Shown here: positions 55,632 to 64,000 of the stretch, in pieces
How positions within the stretch are numbered: position 1 is the stretch's first letter
Layout: every line of letters starts with the position of its first letter
From: an uncultured Calditrichaceae bacterium
GTDB lineage: Bacteria > Calditrichota > Calditrichia > Calditrichales > Calditrichaceae
Length of the DNA: 64,000 nucleotides
Direction: 5' to 3'
NCBI GenBank assembly: GCA_964467525.1
Contig: CAYXRA010000002.1
Coordinates: 32,517 to 96,516 of the forward strand
The notes under the pieces: generated by a model
The model's database searches: none
Told to the model about the DNA's origin: nothing
What the model saw: the letters and a program-made list of their open reading frames with translations, nothing else
Translations under genes and position numbers: made by a program

Positions 55632-56354
55632 ATGGCAAAGTCTGCCCTGAAATATAAGCGTATCCTTTTGAAGCTCAGCGGTGAGTCGCTGGCCGGTGCT
55701 ACTAAAACCGGAATATCCGGGGATGTGCTTAAGCATTTTGCCGCTGAAATAAAAAAAGCTTACGCCTTGGGAGTGGAAATAGGCATTGTGATTGGAGGTG
55801 GAAATATTTTCCGCGGCCTTTCCGAATATGCCAAAAAAATGGATCGGGTTACCGCCGATCATATGGGCATGCTGGCCACAGTTATTAATGCACTTGCACT
55901 TCAGGATATATTGGAACAGAACGGTGTGCCGGCCCGTGTGCTGACGGCGACCAGCATGCCCGAATTTACCGAACATTTTACCAGGCAGAAAGTAATAAGG
56001 CACTTGCAAAAGAAACGTGTCGTAATTCTGGGCGGCGGTACGGGGAATCCCTATTTTACGACCGACACCGCAGCAATATTGCGTGCAGTTGAAATAGATG
56101 CCGATGTGATTTTGAAAGGCACACGGGTTGATGGCGTATATAATGCGGATCCGGAAAAAGTTGAAGATGCGATTAAATTTGATACGCTGACCTACCTTGA
56201 TATCATAAAAAAGAATCTTCGTGTTATGGATATCACGGCTATCACCCTTTCGATGGAGAATAATATGCCGATTATTGTTTTCAATTTCGATAAATCAGAC
56301 AATTTACAAAAAGTCGTTTTAGGTAAATCTATTGGAACAAAAGTGCAGGGGTGA
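55632..56354 (+). CDS. pyrH: UMP kinase
   Basis: [27 protein letters not shown] and [15 protein letters not shown]. The start is placed at the ATG at 55632, directly after the tsf stop, because the tracked start (55581) would overlap tsf by 50 nt. Confidence 0.95.
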   Translation: MAKSALKYKRILLKLSGESLAGATKTGISGDVLKHFAAEIKKAYALGVEIGIVIGGGNIFRGLSEYAKKMDRVTADHMGMLATVINALALQDILEQNGVPARVLTATSMPEFTEHFTRQKVIRHLQKKRVVILGGGTGNPYFTTDTAAILRAVEIDADVILKGTRVDGVYNADPEKVEDAIKFDTLTYLDIIKKNLRVMDITAITLSMENNMPIIVFNFDKSDNLQKVVLGKSIGTKVQG

Positions 56355-56357
56355 TTT

Positions 56358-56918
56358 ATGGAAGCAAAAGAACTTATCAGAGATGCCAGGCGTCGTATGG
56401 ACGGGGCAATCGATGCGCTCATTACGGAGCTAAATAAAATACGTACCGGACGTGCAACACCGGCATTGCTCGACTCCATCCGGGTCGATTATTATGGCCA
56501 GCACGTACCGCTTAACCAGACGGCAACCATTACCGTTCCGGAACCGCGTCTGATTGTAGTGCAGCCCTGGGAAAAAAAGATGCTGCCCGTCATCGAAAAG
56601 GAAATTCAAAAAGCAGAAATGGGGCTCAATCCTGCCAATGACGGACAGGTGATCCGCATCCCTATACCACAGCTCAGTGAAGAACGCCGAAAAGATTTGG
56701 TAAAACTTGTCCATAAATTCAGTGAAGATGCAAAAATTGCCGTACGTAATGTTCGCAGAGATGTGAACGATCATCTGAAAAAACTGGAAAAGGATAAAAA
56801 GTTATCCGAAGACGAACTTAGTGTTGAGCTCGATAGTGTTCAGGAACTTACTGATGAGCATGTAAAAAAAATAGATGAGATCATGCAGAACAAAGAAATT
56901 GAGATAATGGAAGTTTAA
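56358..56918 (+). CDS. frr: Ribosome recycling factor
   Basis: LNKIRTGRATPALLDSIRVDYYG, NPANDGQVIRIPIPQLSEERRKDLVK. Confidence 0.95.
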   Translation: MEAKELIRDARRRMDGAIDALITELNKIRTGRATPALLDSIRVDYYGQHVPLNQTATITVPEPRLIVVQPWEKKMLPVIEKEIQKAEMGLNPANDGQVIRIPIPQLSEERRKDLVKLVHKFSEDAKIAVRNVRRDVNDHLKKLEKDKKLSEDELSVELDSVQELTDEHVKKIDEIMQNKEIEIMEV

Positions 56919-56940
56919 AACAAATCTCAGTTCGCAGTTT

Positions 56941-56975
56941 AAGCCGGATAAATGAATTTTATCCGGCTTTTTTTT
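56941..56975 (+). terminator. Rho-independent terminator after frr
   Basis: AAGCCGGATAAA-TGAAT-TTTATCCGGCTT forms a perfect 12-bp stem, followed by a T run. Confidence 0.7.
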
Positions 56976-57304
56976 AATATCAGGATAATTAAATCATCAC
57001 CCTAAATCAATTGGCTTAAGTTTTAATTAAAAATCTCGAAAGTGGAAGAACGAAAAAATGTGATTATTCGGATAAAACCACATTGTTGTTTAATTAAATT
57101 AAGGATCATTAATTCGTGAAAAAAAATCAATTTTTGGGAATTTTATGACTTAAAGCACAATTTTGTATATGTTAATTATTTTATTTAACACAAAACGAAA
57201 ATATATAATAATGTCAAATATTTTAATGAAAAAATTTATATTTCCGATATTTTAAAAGGCAGCTTATTTAATAGAGGGATCGTTTGTTAGCCAGCATTGA
57301 TACA

Positions 57305-58267
57305 ATGGAAAAACAAGAATTGAAAAACACACTGATCGTCGGCTGGAATGTCGAGGCGGTTTCGCTTTACGATCGACTTCTGGATGCCCCTTATCTTGGC
57401 TATAACGTTCGTGGGTTTATCAAGCCGGCCGGCGTTGGAAAAAGTACGCATTACAAAAATGTTCCGGTCGTAGGAGATTTGTCTGATCTGGCGGAAGTCA
57501 GTAAAAGGCTTGAAATTGCCGAGATCCTGATTGTCCTTACGGACAATGAAAAAAAGTACCTGGCTGAAGTCATCCGTGAGTGTACTAAGTACAATATCGG
57601 ATATAAAGTTGTTGCGGATACCTATGATTCTCATTATGGACATGTTGTTCGTGATATTATCAGGGACGCCTGGAAACCACAGGAATTTGGCATTCGGCGG
57701 ATACTTGATGTGGTTGGCGCTTTAGTCTTGTTGATTTTGTTGTTTCCTTTATTTATAATCGTGGCAACGGCAATTAAGCTGGAATCGCACGGACCGGTAT
57801 TTTATTCCCAGCAACGATATGGAAAAGACGGAACCATATTCGCCGTACATAAATTTCGTTCAATGGTTCAGGATGCGGAAATGCGGTCTGGGCCAGTCTG
57901 GGCGACAAAATCAGATCCAAGAATTACGAGAGTAGGCCGTTTCATGCGCAAAACCCGTATCGATGAACTGCCACAGCTAATGAATGTGCTGAAAGGAGAT
58001 ATGAGTTTTATCGGACCGCGGCCGGAACGGCCCTTTTTTGCTGATAATTTTAAAAAACAGATACCCTTCTACATGAATCGCTTACGTGTGAAACCGGGCA
58101 TTTCTGGTTTGGCACAGGTTACTGTGGGGTATGATGAAACGCTTGAGGACGTTAAGGAGAAAGTTGCCCAGGATAATGCTTATATTGAGCAGAGAGATTC
58201 ATTAAAAATGAACCTGAAAATAATCTGGAAAACATTTGCCGTTCTATTAATGGGAGAAGGACAATAA
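57305..58267 (+). CDS. Polyprenyl-phosphate glycosyl-1-phosphate transferase (Bac_transf family, EPS priming enzyme)
   Basis: [47 protein letters not shown] and [10 protein letters not shown]. The N-terminus has a CoA-binding-like fold and a single TM segment. Confidence 0.85.
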   Translation: MEKQELKNTLIVGWNVEAVSLYDRLLDAPYLGYNVRGFIKPAGVGKSTHYKNVPVVGDLSDLAEVSKRLEIAEILIVLTDNEKKYLAEVIRECTKYNIGYKVVADTYDSHYGHVVRDIIRDAWKPQEFGIRRILDVVGALVLLILLFPLFIIVATAIKLESHGPVFYSQQRYGKDGTIFAVHKFRSMVQDAEMRSGPVWATKSDPRITRVGRFMRKTRIDELPQLMNVLKGDMSFIGPRPERPFFADNFKKQIPFYMNRLRVKPGISGLAQVTVGYDETLEDVKEKVAQDNAYIEQRDSLKMNLKIIWKTFAVLLMGEGQ

Positions 58268-58508
58268 TTTTTGTAAAGTTGATAAATTTAACTAAAAAAA
58301 TCCCAAAAAATGGCGAATCTAAATAATAAGATAAAGTGGACACTTTATCTGAAGCGTAGAAATTTTTTTAATTTAAAAAGCGTCTCACAAAAAATTACGC
58401 TGAAATACATGTCGGCCCGTAAGCTAAGCATGTAGACATTTAAGCTTGCAGTAAAACGCCATACTGTAATTAACGGGGCGGAGCTATAAAAAAAAGGCAA
58501 TATTTGAT

Positions 58509-59321
58509 ATGGAAAAAATAAAAATTGATTCTAAATTTGCTGATCAGAGTGGCGAGATAATGGTCGTTGAATTGGGCGGCCATGTGGATCAATCCAATAG
58601 TTATCAATTACAAAAAATGTTTGATAATATCATCCAGAGCGGCTGCTTTAAGGTGATTGTCGATTTTAATGATCTGTATTACATGAGCAGCGCCGGCTGG
58701 GGTATCTTCGTCGGTGAAATCAAAAGATTCCGTGAAAACGGCGGTGATATAAAACTGGCTAATATGAATCCGGAAATTTATGATGTTTATCAAATGCTTG
58801 AATTTTATCATATACTTGAAGATTATTCAGACGTGGAAAATGCCGCCGCTTCATTCAGAAAATCCGAAAGTGAACTGGATTTGGTACTTGACTCGGATGA
58901 CGATGAAGCAGTGCCAGATAATCTGAGTGATATTGAAGAAAGCACCGAGGAAATCGAGCTTGTCGATCCCCTGATGGAAGATACTTCAGATTACTCCGGG
59001 ACGGCTGACAGTGAAGACAATGAAGTAATAGATTTTAGTTCGGAAAAAACAACCGAATTTGATGCAAACAAAAAAGGACTAACAGAGTTTATTCCGCATA
59101 CGCTTACCACAGATGTAAAACTTGCCGATCTGCCTCTGGCTGAAAAAATAAAACGGGTTGTGGCGCAAAATCCACTGGTCGGTCTTTTTGGAATCAGAAA
59201 AGTTTTGAGACATGAACAATTCGGGAAAACTAAGGTAGGCGTTTTCCGCCTTATGAGATTACTGAGGGAACTGGACCTGCATACGAAGGAAAAAAGGTAT
59301 CGTTATTATCGTTCCTGCTAA
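58509..59321 (+). CDS. STAS-domain protein, paralogue of 6959-7660, with acidic linker and C-terminal HTH_21-like module
   Basis: The STAS core LYYMSSAGWGIFVGEIKRFRENGGDIKLANMNPEIYDVYQMLEFYHIL closely matches the 6959 protein. A D/E-rich linker of ~90 aa follows, then VVAQNPLVGLFGIRKVLRHEQFGKTKVGVFRLMRLLRELDLHTKEKRYRY. Confidence 0.75.
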   Translation: MEKIKIDSKFADQSGEIMVVELGGHVDQSNSYQLQKMFDNIIQSGCFKVIVDFNDLYYMSSAGWGIFVGEIKRFRENGGDIKLANMNPEIYDVYQMLEFYHILEDYSDVENAAASFRKSESELDLVLDSDDDEAVPDNLSDIEESTEEIELVDPLMEDTSDYSGTADSEDNEVIDFSSEKTTEFDANKKGLTEFIPHTLTTDVKLADLPLAEKIKRVVAQNPLVGLFGIRKVLRHEQFGKTKVGVFRLMRLLRELDLHTKEKRYRYYRSC

Positions 59322-59337
59322 TAATAAGGAATTGAAA

Positions 59338-60045
59338 ATGCATATAAACATTTTTATGAAATTAATAATCATAATGCTGATTTTTGTCTTCGCATCGATG
59401 ACATTTGCCCAGCAAAATAATTTTAACAGTGATGAGCTCGTCGGCGATCCGGACTTAGCGGTTTACCCGTTTAAACCCGGTGATGCGATTTTTATCAGTA
59501 ATTTACCGGACACCACCTCACTTCTGAATGGCATATTTGCAATTGATGATCGCGGTTTCGCTGAATTTCCCATGATAGGGAAAGCCAATGTCAGTAAAAT
59601 GACCAGAGATGAACTCATCGAATTTTTAAAAACCAGGCTTCGGGATCAACTGAAATATCCCAACCTGTATGTAAAGCCGGTGGTTCGGATTAGCCTGCTC
59701 GGCGGTTTCAGAAGACCGGGGTTATATTATGTCGATATAAACAGTTCACTCTGGGAAACCGTCAGACTTGCCGGTGGCACGATCATGGAAGAAGGTATTT
59801 ATGAGCTGCGCTGGGAGCGGAACGGTGACGAAAAATCAGATGAAGTAGTTAAATTTTTTGAAAGCGGGACTTCATTAAAAAGAATGGGTTTCAAATCCGG
59901 CGACCAGGTCTGGACGCCGTCACCGGATAGAGAAACATTCTGGGATAAGGTACGCGATATGATGCCTATTCTGACTTTCGCCACAACAGTGTTTGTTGTG
60001 TACAGTACCTATCAGCGCGATCAGGTTCTGCTAAATCGTTATTAA
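59338..60045 (+). CDS. Polysaccharide export protein (Wza/Poly_export plus SLBB-like)
   Basis: Signal peptide, PGDAIFISNLPD (a PGD...I motif as in the Poly_export domain), and a downstream beta-grasp-like GDQVWTP. Its position directly upstream of the Wzc-like gene also supports the call. ATG follows AAGGA. Confidence 0.55.
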   Translation: MHINIFMKLIIIMLIFVFASMTFAQQNNFNSDELVGDPDLAVYPFKPGDAIFISNLPDTTSLLNGIFAIDDRGFAEFPMIGKANVSKMTRDELIEFLKTRLRDQLKYPNLYVKPVVRISLLGGFRRPGLYYVDINSSLWETVRLAGGTIMEEGIYELRWERNGDEKSDEVVKFFESGTSLKRMGFKSGDQVWTPSPDRETFWDKVRDMMPILTFATTVFVVYSTYQRDQVLLNRY

Positions 60046-60064
60046 ATTTAAGGGATACTTTAAG

Positions 60065-62407
60065 ATGAAAGAAAATAGATCCAAAAGTTATTCTAGCTCT
60101 GAAAGCGGCTTTGATTTCGCCAAATATCTGAGATTGTTCAGACGAAAGAAATGGACAATTCTCACTATTTTTCTTATTGTGTTTGCTCTGTGGATGGCCT
60201 TTGCCATTAAATTCGGTCCCCGTCCCACCTACCAGGCTTATGCTTTATTACAACTGGAAGACCGGCGCGAATTATCGGCGACGACCATTGATTCCAGGGG
60301 CAGACCGCAGAACGAGGCTAAATTAGGTTTGCTGATGAGCCGTAACTTTCTGGGAAAAGTTGTAGACGAATTATCATTGCAAGTGCGCTTTAAAAATATG
60401 AACCGTTCCAGTGTAGTGGATACCGTTTTACTTGAGGACGAGTACATAAACGGAAGGTATCTGTTAAAAAAGGAAAAAGGTTATCTCCAGCTCTTTTATA
60501 CCAACCCCGAAGGAACGATCGAAAATAAACGGGTGCTTGAAGTCGTATTTCCCAAAGATAATTCCGTAGCCTATGATGGCTTCCGACTGGTGTTTAAGCC
60601 CGGTTTCTGGGATTATAATAAGGAACTTGAATTTGCCATTATCAAAAAAGCAGACGCCATCGAGGGCCTGCGTAACGCCCTGTCACCGAACTTTAGAAAC
60701 AGGGATCGCACCCTGCTTAATGTGACGATTGAAGGACCCGACCGCTTTTTTATTGCCAGGGTATTGAATGTATTGGTTGATGAGTTTGTAAAACAAAATT
60801 TAGATGTAAAAAAATACCGCACGCGGGAAGTACTCAACATCCTGACAGAACAGTTAAATACGGCTAAAAGAGATTTGGACAGGGCGGAAGAAGAGTTGAA
60901 AGAATTCCGCGAAAAATATCCCTGGGTTGGATTAACAGCAGACGCCAGTGGCGTTATTTCCGGGATGTCGACATACGAAGCGGAAAAGCGTACACTCGAA
61001 AATAACATCACCGAGCTCGATCTTTTAATATCACGCTATAATTCCAGTAACGAAAACGATAAATATCCCATTTTAAATGAAATTATTACCTTTCTTTCTG
61101 CTAAGGGGGTACCGACGGCAGCAGCGCTGGCTTCAGAGTTTGCTACGCTAACCAGCGAACGGTCCCGACTTTTGAACTCCTATGCCCCCACACACCAGGT
61201 CGTTAAAGAAAACGAGCGCAAATTGGCGGCATTGGAAGAAAAAGTATTATTGACCGCTGAAAATTATAAAAACCAGATCCGTGATAGAATAAAAGTTACC
61301 GAAAGCAAAATACAGGAAAGCAATTATAAAATCAGAAAACTTCCGGCACGGGAATTACAATTAGCCGAACTGCAGCGCAGCCGGTCCGTCGCAGATCAGA
61401 TCTATGAATCGCTGTTAGTCCGTTATAATCAGGCACAAATCGCCGATGCGGTTGAAGTAGGCGATATCATTATCCTCGATCCCGCCGTGGTGCCGCAATC
61501 GAGCAGTGAAATCAAAGTTCTGATTCGCAATGTGCTCATTGGAATTATTCTCGGACTGGGATTTGGCTTTGGATTTGTATTAATTTCAAACTTTCTCGAT
61601 AAAACAGTCCGTACCTCGGATGAGCTGGAAAAAATTATTCCGGTGCGTGTTCTGGCTAAAATTCCGGTAATCGGAGATGATAAGGACATAACCATCGAAA
61701 AAGTAGAAGACCGGGCGCGGATCGATCCAAAACTGGTTACCGCCGATTATTCACCGACCCCTGTCGGTGAAGCCTATCGTAGTTTGCGCACGCAGATTCT
61801 GTTCAATGACAGCGAACATAAGATTAAATCTTTTTTTATTACTTCGCTCAATCCGGGTGAAGGAAAATCGCTTAACGCCGGTAACATTGCGATTACCTTT
61901 GCCCAGCAGAAACTACCGACGCTAATTGTTGATGGCGATCTCCGTCGCGGGGTTTTGCACCACTCTTTTGCATGTAAAAAGAAACCGGGTTTATCGGATT
62001 TTTTGTACAGCAATGCCGATATTACCGATGAAAATATCCGCAAAATTATTCAGCAGACACATATTCCTAATCTGTATCTGCTCAGCAGCGGTATGCCCAT
62101 TCCCAATCCTTCGGAAATCCTGGGCAGTCAGCGCGGCCGTGATGTCATACAATTTTTAACGAAAAGATTTGGATTTGTGATTATAGATACGCCGCCGATT
62201 ATGGTAACTTCCGATGCTATCATCATTTCACAATATGTGGATAGCGGGCTGTTTGTGGTTCGTGCCGGAAAATCAAATGTTGATCAGATAAAAGATAAAA
62301 TTTCAGAATACAAAGATTTCTCGAAGAAATTATCCGGTATTCTTTTAAACTTTGCCAAACTGGATATAAAGAAGAGCGCCTATCGCTATTCATATTATAA
62401 CTATTAA
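60065..62407 (+). CDS. Wzc/GumC-like polysaccharide co-polymerase fused to BY-kinase (chain-length determinant plus tyrosine autokinase)
   Basis: N-terminal Wzz-like TM segment, a long periplasmic coiled coil and a second TM segment. The kinase part has Walker A SLNPGEGKS, Walker A' LIVDGDLRR, Walker B VIIDTPP and a C-terminal Tyr cluster (YRYSYYNY). Confidence 0.85.
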   Translation: MKENRSKSYSSSESGFDFAKYLRLFRRKKWTILTIFLIVFALWMAFAIKFGPRPTYQAYALLQLEDRRELSATTIDSRGRPQNEAKLGLLMSRNFLGKVVDELSLQVRFKNMNRSSVVDTVLLEDEYINGRYLLKKEKGYLQLFYTNPEGTIENKRVLEVVFPKDNSVAYDGFRLVFKPGFWDYNKELEFAIIKKADAIEGLRNALSPNFRNRDRTLLNVTIEGPDRFFIARVLNVLVDEFVKQNLDVKKYRTREVLNILTEQLNTAKRDLDRAEEELKEFREKYPWVGLTADASGVISGMSTYEAEKRTLENNITELDLLISRYNSSNENDKYPILNEIITFLSAKGVPTAAALASEFATLTSERSRLLNSYAPTHQVVKENERKLAALEEKVLLTAENYKNQIRDRIKVTESKIQESNYKIRKLPARELQLAELQRSRSVADQIYESLLVRYNQAQIADAVEVGDIIILDPAVVPQSSSEIKVLIRNVLIGIILGLGFGFGFVLISNFLDKTVRTSDELEKIIPVRVLAKIPVIGDDKDITIEKVEDRARIDPKLVTADYSPTPVGEAYRSLRTQILFNDSEHKIKSFFITSLNPGEGKSLNAGNIAITFAQQKLPTLIVDGDLRRGVLHHSFACKKKPGLSDFLYSNADITDENIRKIIQQTHIPNLYLLSSGMPIPNPSEILGSQRGRDVIQFLTKRFGFVIIDTPPIMVTSDAIIISQYVDSGLFVVRAGKSNVDQIKDKISEYKDFSKKLSGILLNFAKLDIKKSAYRYSYYNY

Positions 62408-62430
62408 AATCAAAATTCAAATTCGTTCTA

Positions 62431-62464
62431 AAGGGATTTTGCTGATAGTGAAATCCCTTTTTTC
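62431..62464 (+). terminator. Rho-independent terminator candidate after the Wzc-like gene
   Basis: AAGGGATTT, an 11-nt loop, AAATCCCTT, then TTTTT. Confidence 0.45.
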
Positions 62465-62519
62465 TCCAATTTTTAATAAGTAATTCAAAGAAAAATCAAA
62501 TAACACATTTGTTGGTTAC

Positions 62520-63551
62520 ATGCAAGTTAAGTATTTGACCGAAGCAGAATACGATCGGTGGGATGATTATGTGGACAACCATCCCGGGTCAAAAATATAT
62601 CATAAAATTGCCTGGAAAAAAATAATTGAGCAGGCTTTCGAAAAAAAGTCCTTATATTTTTATGTGGAACAGGAAGGACAGATTCGGGGAATCATGCCCT
62701 TGATAAAGTTCTCAGGCTTTTTGACCGGTAAGGTTTTGATATCGTTGCCATTTGTGAACTACGGCGGTATGATTTACGATAATGAAAAGGTTAGGGATGC
62801 CATTTTAGCAGAATTACAGGAAGTCCGTGAAAGAGAAGACGCCGATTCCGTGGAATTGCGCACATCGGGATATCAGCAATTCGAATTGCCGGAACGGTCA
62901 AATAAGATCACATTTTTGATGGACCTTCCCGATTCAACGGATGAACTCATGAAACAGTTCAAATCCAAAGTACGCAGTCAGATCCGCCGGCCTGAAAAAG
63001 AAGAAATGTATGTAAAGTGCGGCGGCAGTGAACTGCTTGACGGATTCTATCGAATATTTTGCAGAAATATGCGGGATTTGGGTACGCCCGTTTACGGTAA
63101 GAAATTTTTTAAAACAATTTTAAATGAAATTCCTGATCATTCAAATATTATCACCGTATATACCAAAAATCATCTGCCGGTAGCAAGCGCTTTTATTATC
63201 GGTTACGGTAATATTATGGAGATACCATGGGCCTCATCATTGAGGGAATACAATCGTTATAGTCCGAATATGCTGCTTTATTGGGAAGTTATGTCCGAAG
63301 CGATCCGTCAGGGCCGGAAAATTTTCGATTTTGGCCGCGGCACCAAAGACGGCGGGACATATCGCTTCAAAAAACAATGGGGCGGTGAAGAAGTGCAGCT
63401 GCGCTGGTATTATCTGTTGGCGGAAGAAGCAGCTATGCCCGAACTTAATAAAGAAAACCCCAAATATGCTCTGGCAATCAGAGCCTGGCAAAAAATACCG
63501 CTTTCACTTGCAAATTTAATCGGACCTGTCATTATAAAAAATATACCATAA
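62520..63551 (+). CDS. FemAB-like acyltransferase-fold protein (resembles the PEP-CTERM-system-associated FemAB family)
   Basis: WDDYVDNHPGSKIYHKIAWKKII...GIMPLIKFSGFLTGKVLISLPFVNYGG and C-terminal YRFKKQWG resemble that family as I recall it. Confidence 0.65.
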   Translation: MQVKYLTEAEYDRWDDYVDNHPGSKIYHKIAWKKIIEQAFEKKSLYFYVEQEGQIRGIMPLIKFSGFLTGKVLISLPFVNYGGMIYDNEKVRDAILAELQEVREREDADSVELRTSGYQQFELPERSNKITFLMDLPDSTDELMKQFKSKVRSQIRRPEKEEMYVKCGGSELLDGFYRIFCRNMRDLGTPVYGKKFFKTILNEIPDHSNIITVYTKNHLPVASAFIIGYGNIMEIPWASSLREYNRYSPNMLLYWEVMSEAIRQGRKIFDFGRGTKDGGTYRFKKQWGGEEVQLRWYYLLAEEAAMPELNKENPKYALAIRAWQKIPLSLANLIGPVIIKNIP

Positions 63552-63558
63552 TGGATTA

Positions 63559-64000
63559 TGAGCTACACTTACAAAATCATTTCCGATATCGAAACATTTG
63601 ATCAGTACAAAAATACGTGGAATGAATTACTCAAAACTGCCCGGGCCAACAATCCTTTCCTGACTTTCTGCTGGATCAGATTCTGGACAAGCAGTTTTGC
63701 GGGCCATTCAGACATTCGTATTTATTTGTTTTTTAATGATAAAGAGAAGTTAATTGCCGCACTGCCGCTGATTTATCACCGGGAAAGACAAAAAATCCTG
63801 AATTACAATATACTGTCCTATACCGCGAACTCGCATTCTTTTCGCAGTGATTTGCTGATAGACAGAGATTATGCAAAAGCAGCGCTTTTTGAATATATCT
63901 TTGCTGCAATAAGGGACAACGAGACATTCGATTTTATAAAAATTCGCGAATTTTGGGTAGCCGGAAACGAGAATTTTGAAATGCTGATGCTGGCCGCTGA
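63559..64000 (+). CDS. GNAT/CelD-like acetyltransferase-fold protein, 3'-truncated at the window edge
   Basis: Not in the ORF track, because there is no stop codon before the window end. My own translation from the ATG at 63559 gives MSYTYKIISDIETFDQYKNTWNELLKTARANNPFLTFCWIRFW... and stays open to nt 64000. The W..L....NPF.T..W pattern is typical of BioF2-like/CelD-like EPS acetyltransferases. Confidence 0.5.

Noticed and set aside
1-64000. Mobile genetic elements, prophage, defence islands (restriction-modification, CRISPR-Cas, toxin-antitoxin) and rRNA/tRNA genes.
   Set aside because: I found no integrase, transposase, Cas, restriction-modification or toxin-antitoxin signatures in any ORF, and no sequence folding into a tRNA cloverleaf. 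The HTH_21-like modules are fused to signalling proteins and have no transposase catalytic domain.

Overview
The window looks like ordinary chromosome from a Gram-negative bacterium of the FCB superphylum. Two proteins carry type IX secretion (T9SS) C-terminal sorting domains, and gene content would fit a Calditrichota/Ignavibacteriota-like organism. That taxon is a guess. All homology calls come from motifs I recognise by eye, because no searches could be run. I call about 48 protein genes and found no rRNA, tRNA, CRISPR array, transposase or phage genes.

Genes, left to right:
- A tight five-gene operon (1-8175): T9SS cargo protein, PorV-like barrel with TPR domain, a fused RsbW-like kinase/HAMP/PP2C phosphatase, a STAS protein and a DUF456-like membrane protein.
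- A DUF4159/DUF4175-like pair.
- An FG-GAP T9SS protein split by a single in-frame TGA.
- An APC permease fused to tandem USP domains.
- A sucrose synthase and sucrose-phosphate synthase/phosphatase pair.
- A TPR sensor, oligopeptidase B, and a block of hydrolases and oxidoreductases containing ZupT and a CDF zinc transporter.
- An M28 peptidase and a tandem Hfq/Sm-like protein.
- An AraC regulator and a YgfK-N-terminal-like Fe-S protein.
- A 1546-aa LVIVD plus 13x cadherin-like surface protein.
- Peptidoglycan-recycling enzymes.
- argR and rplM-rpsI-rpsB-tsf-pyrH-frr.
- The start of an exopolysaccharide (Wza/Wzc/FemAB-like) locus.

Most interesting observations:
1. A partner-switching module with no sigma factor in the window. 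Its kinase/phosphatase fusion and two STAS paralogues (one inside the EPS locus) all carry the same IS3-transposase-like (HTH_21-like) helix-turn-helix module.
2. The in-frame TGA is followed at the canonical spacing by a SECIS-like hairpin.
3. A ~130-170 bp intergenic repeat family occurs at three loci, built around a G4-capable GC palindrome.
4. A 35-bp repeat occurs at two loci and reads as an acidic mini-ORF.
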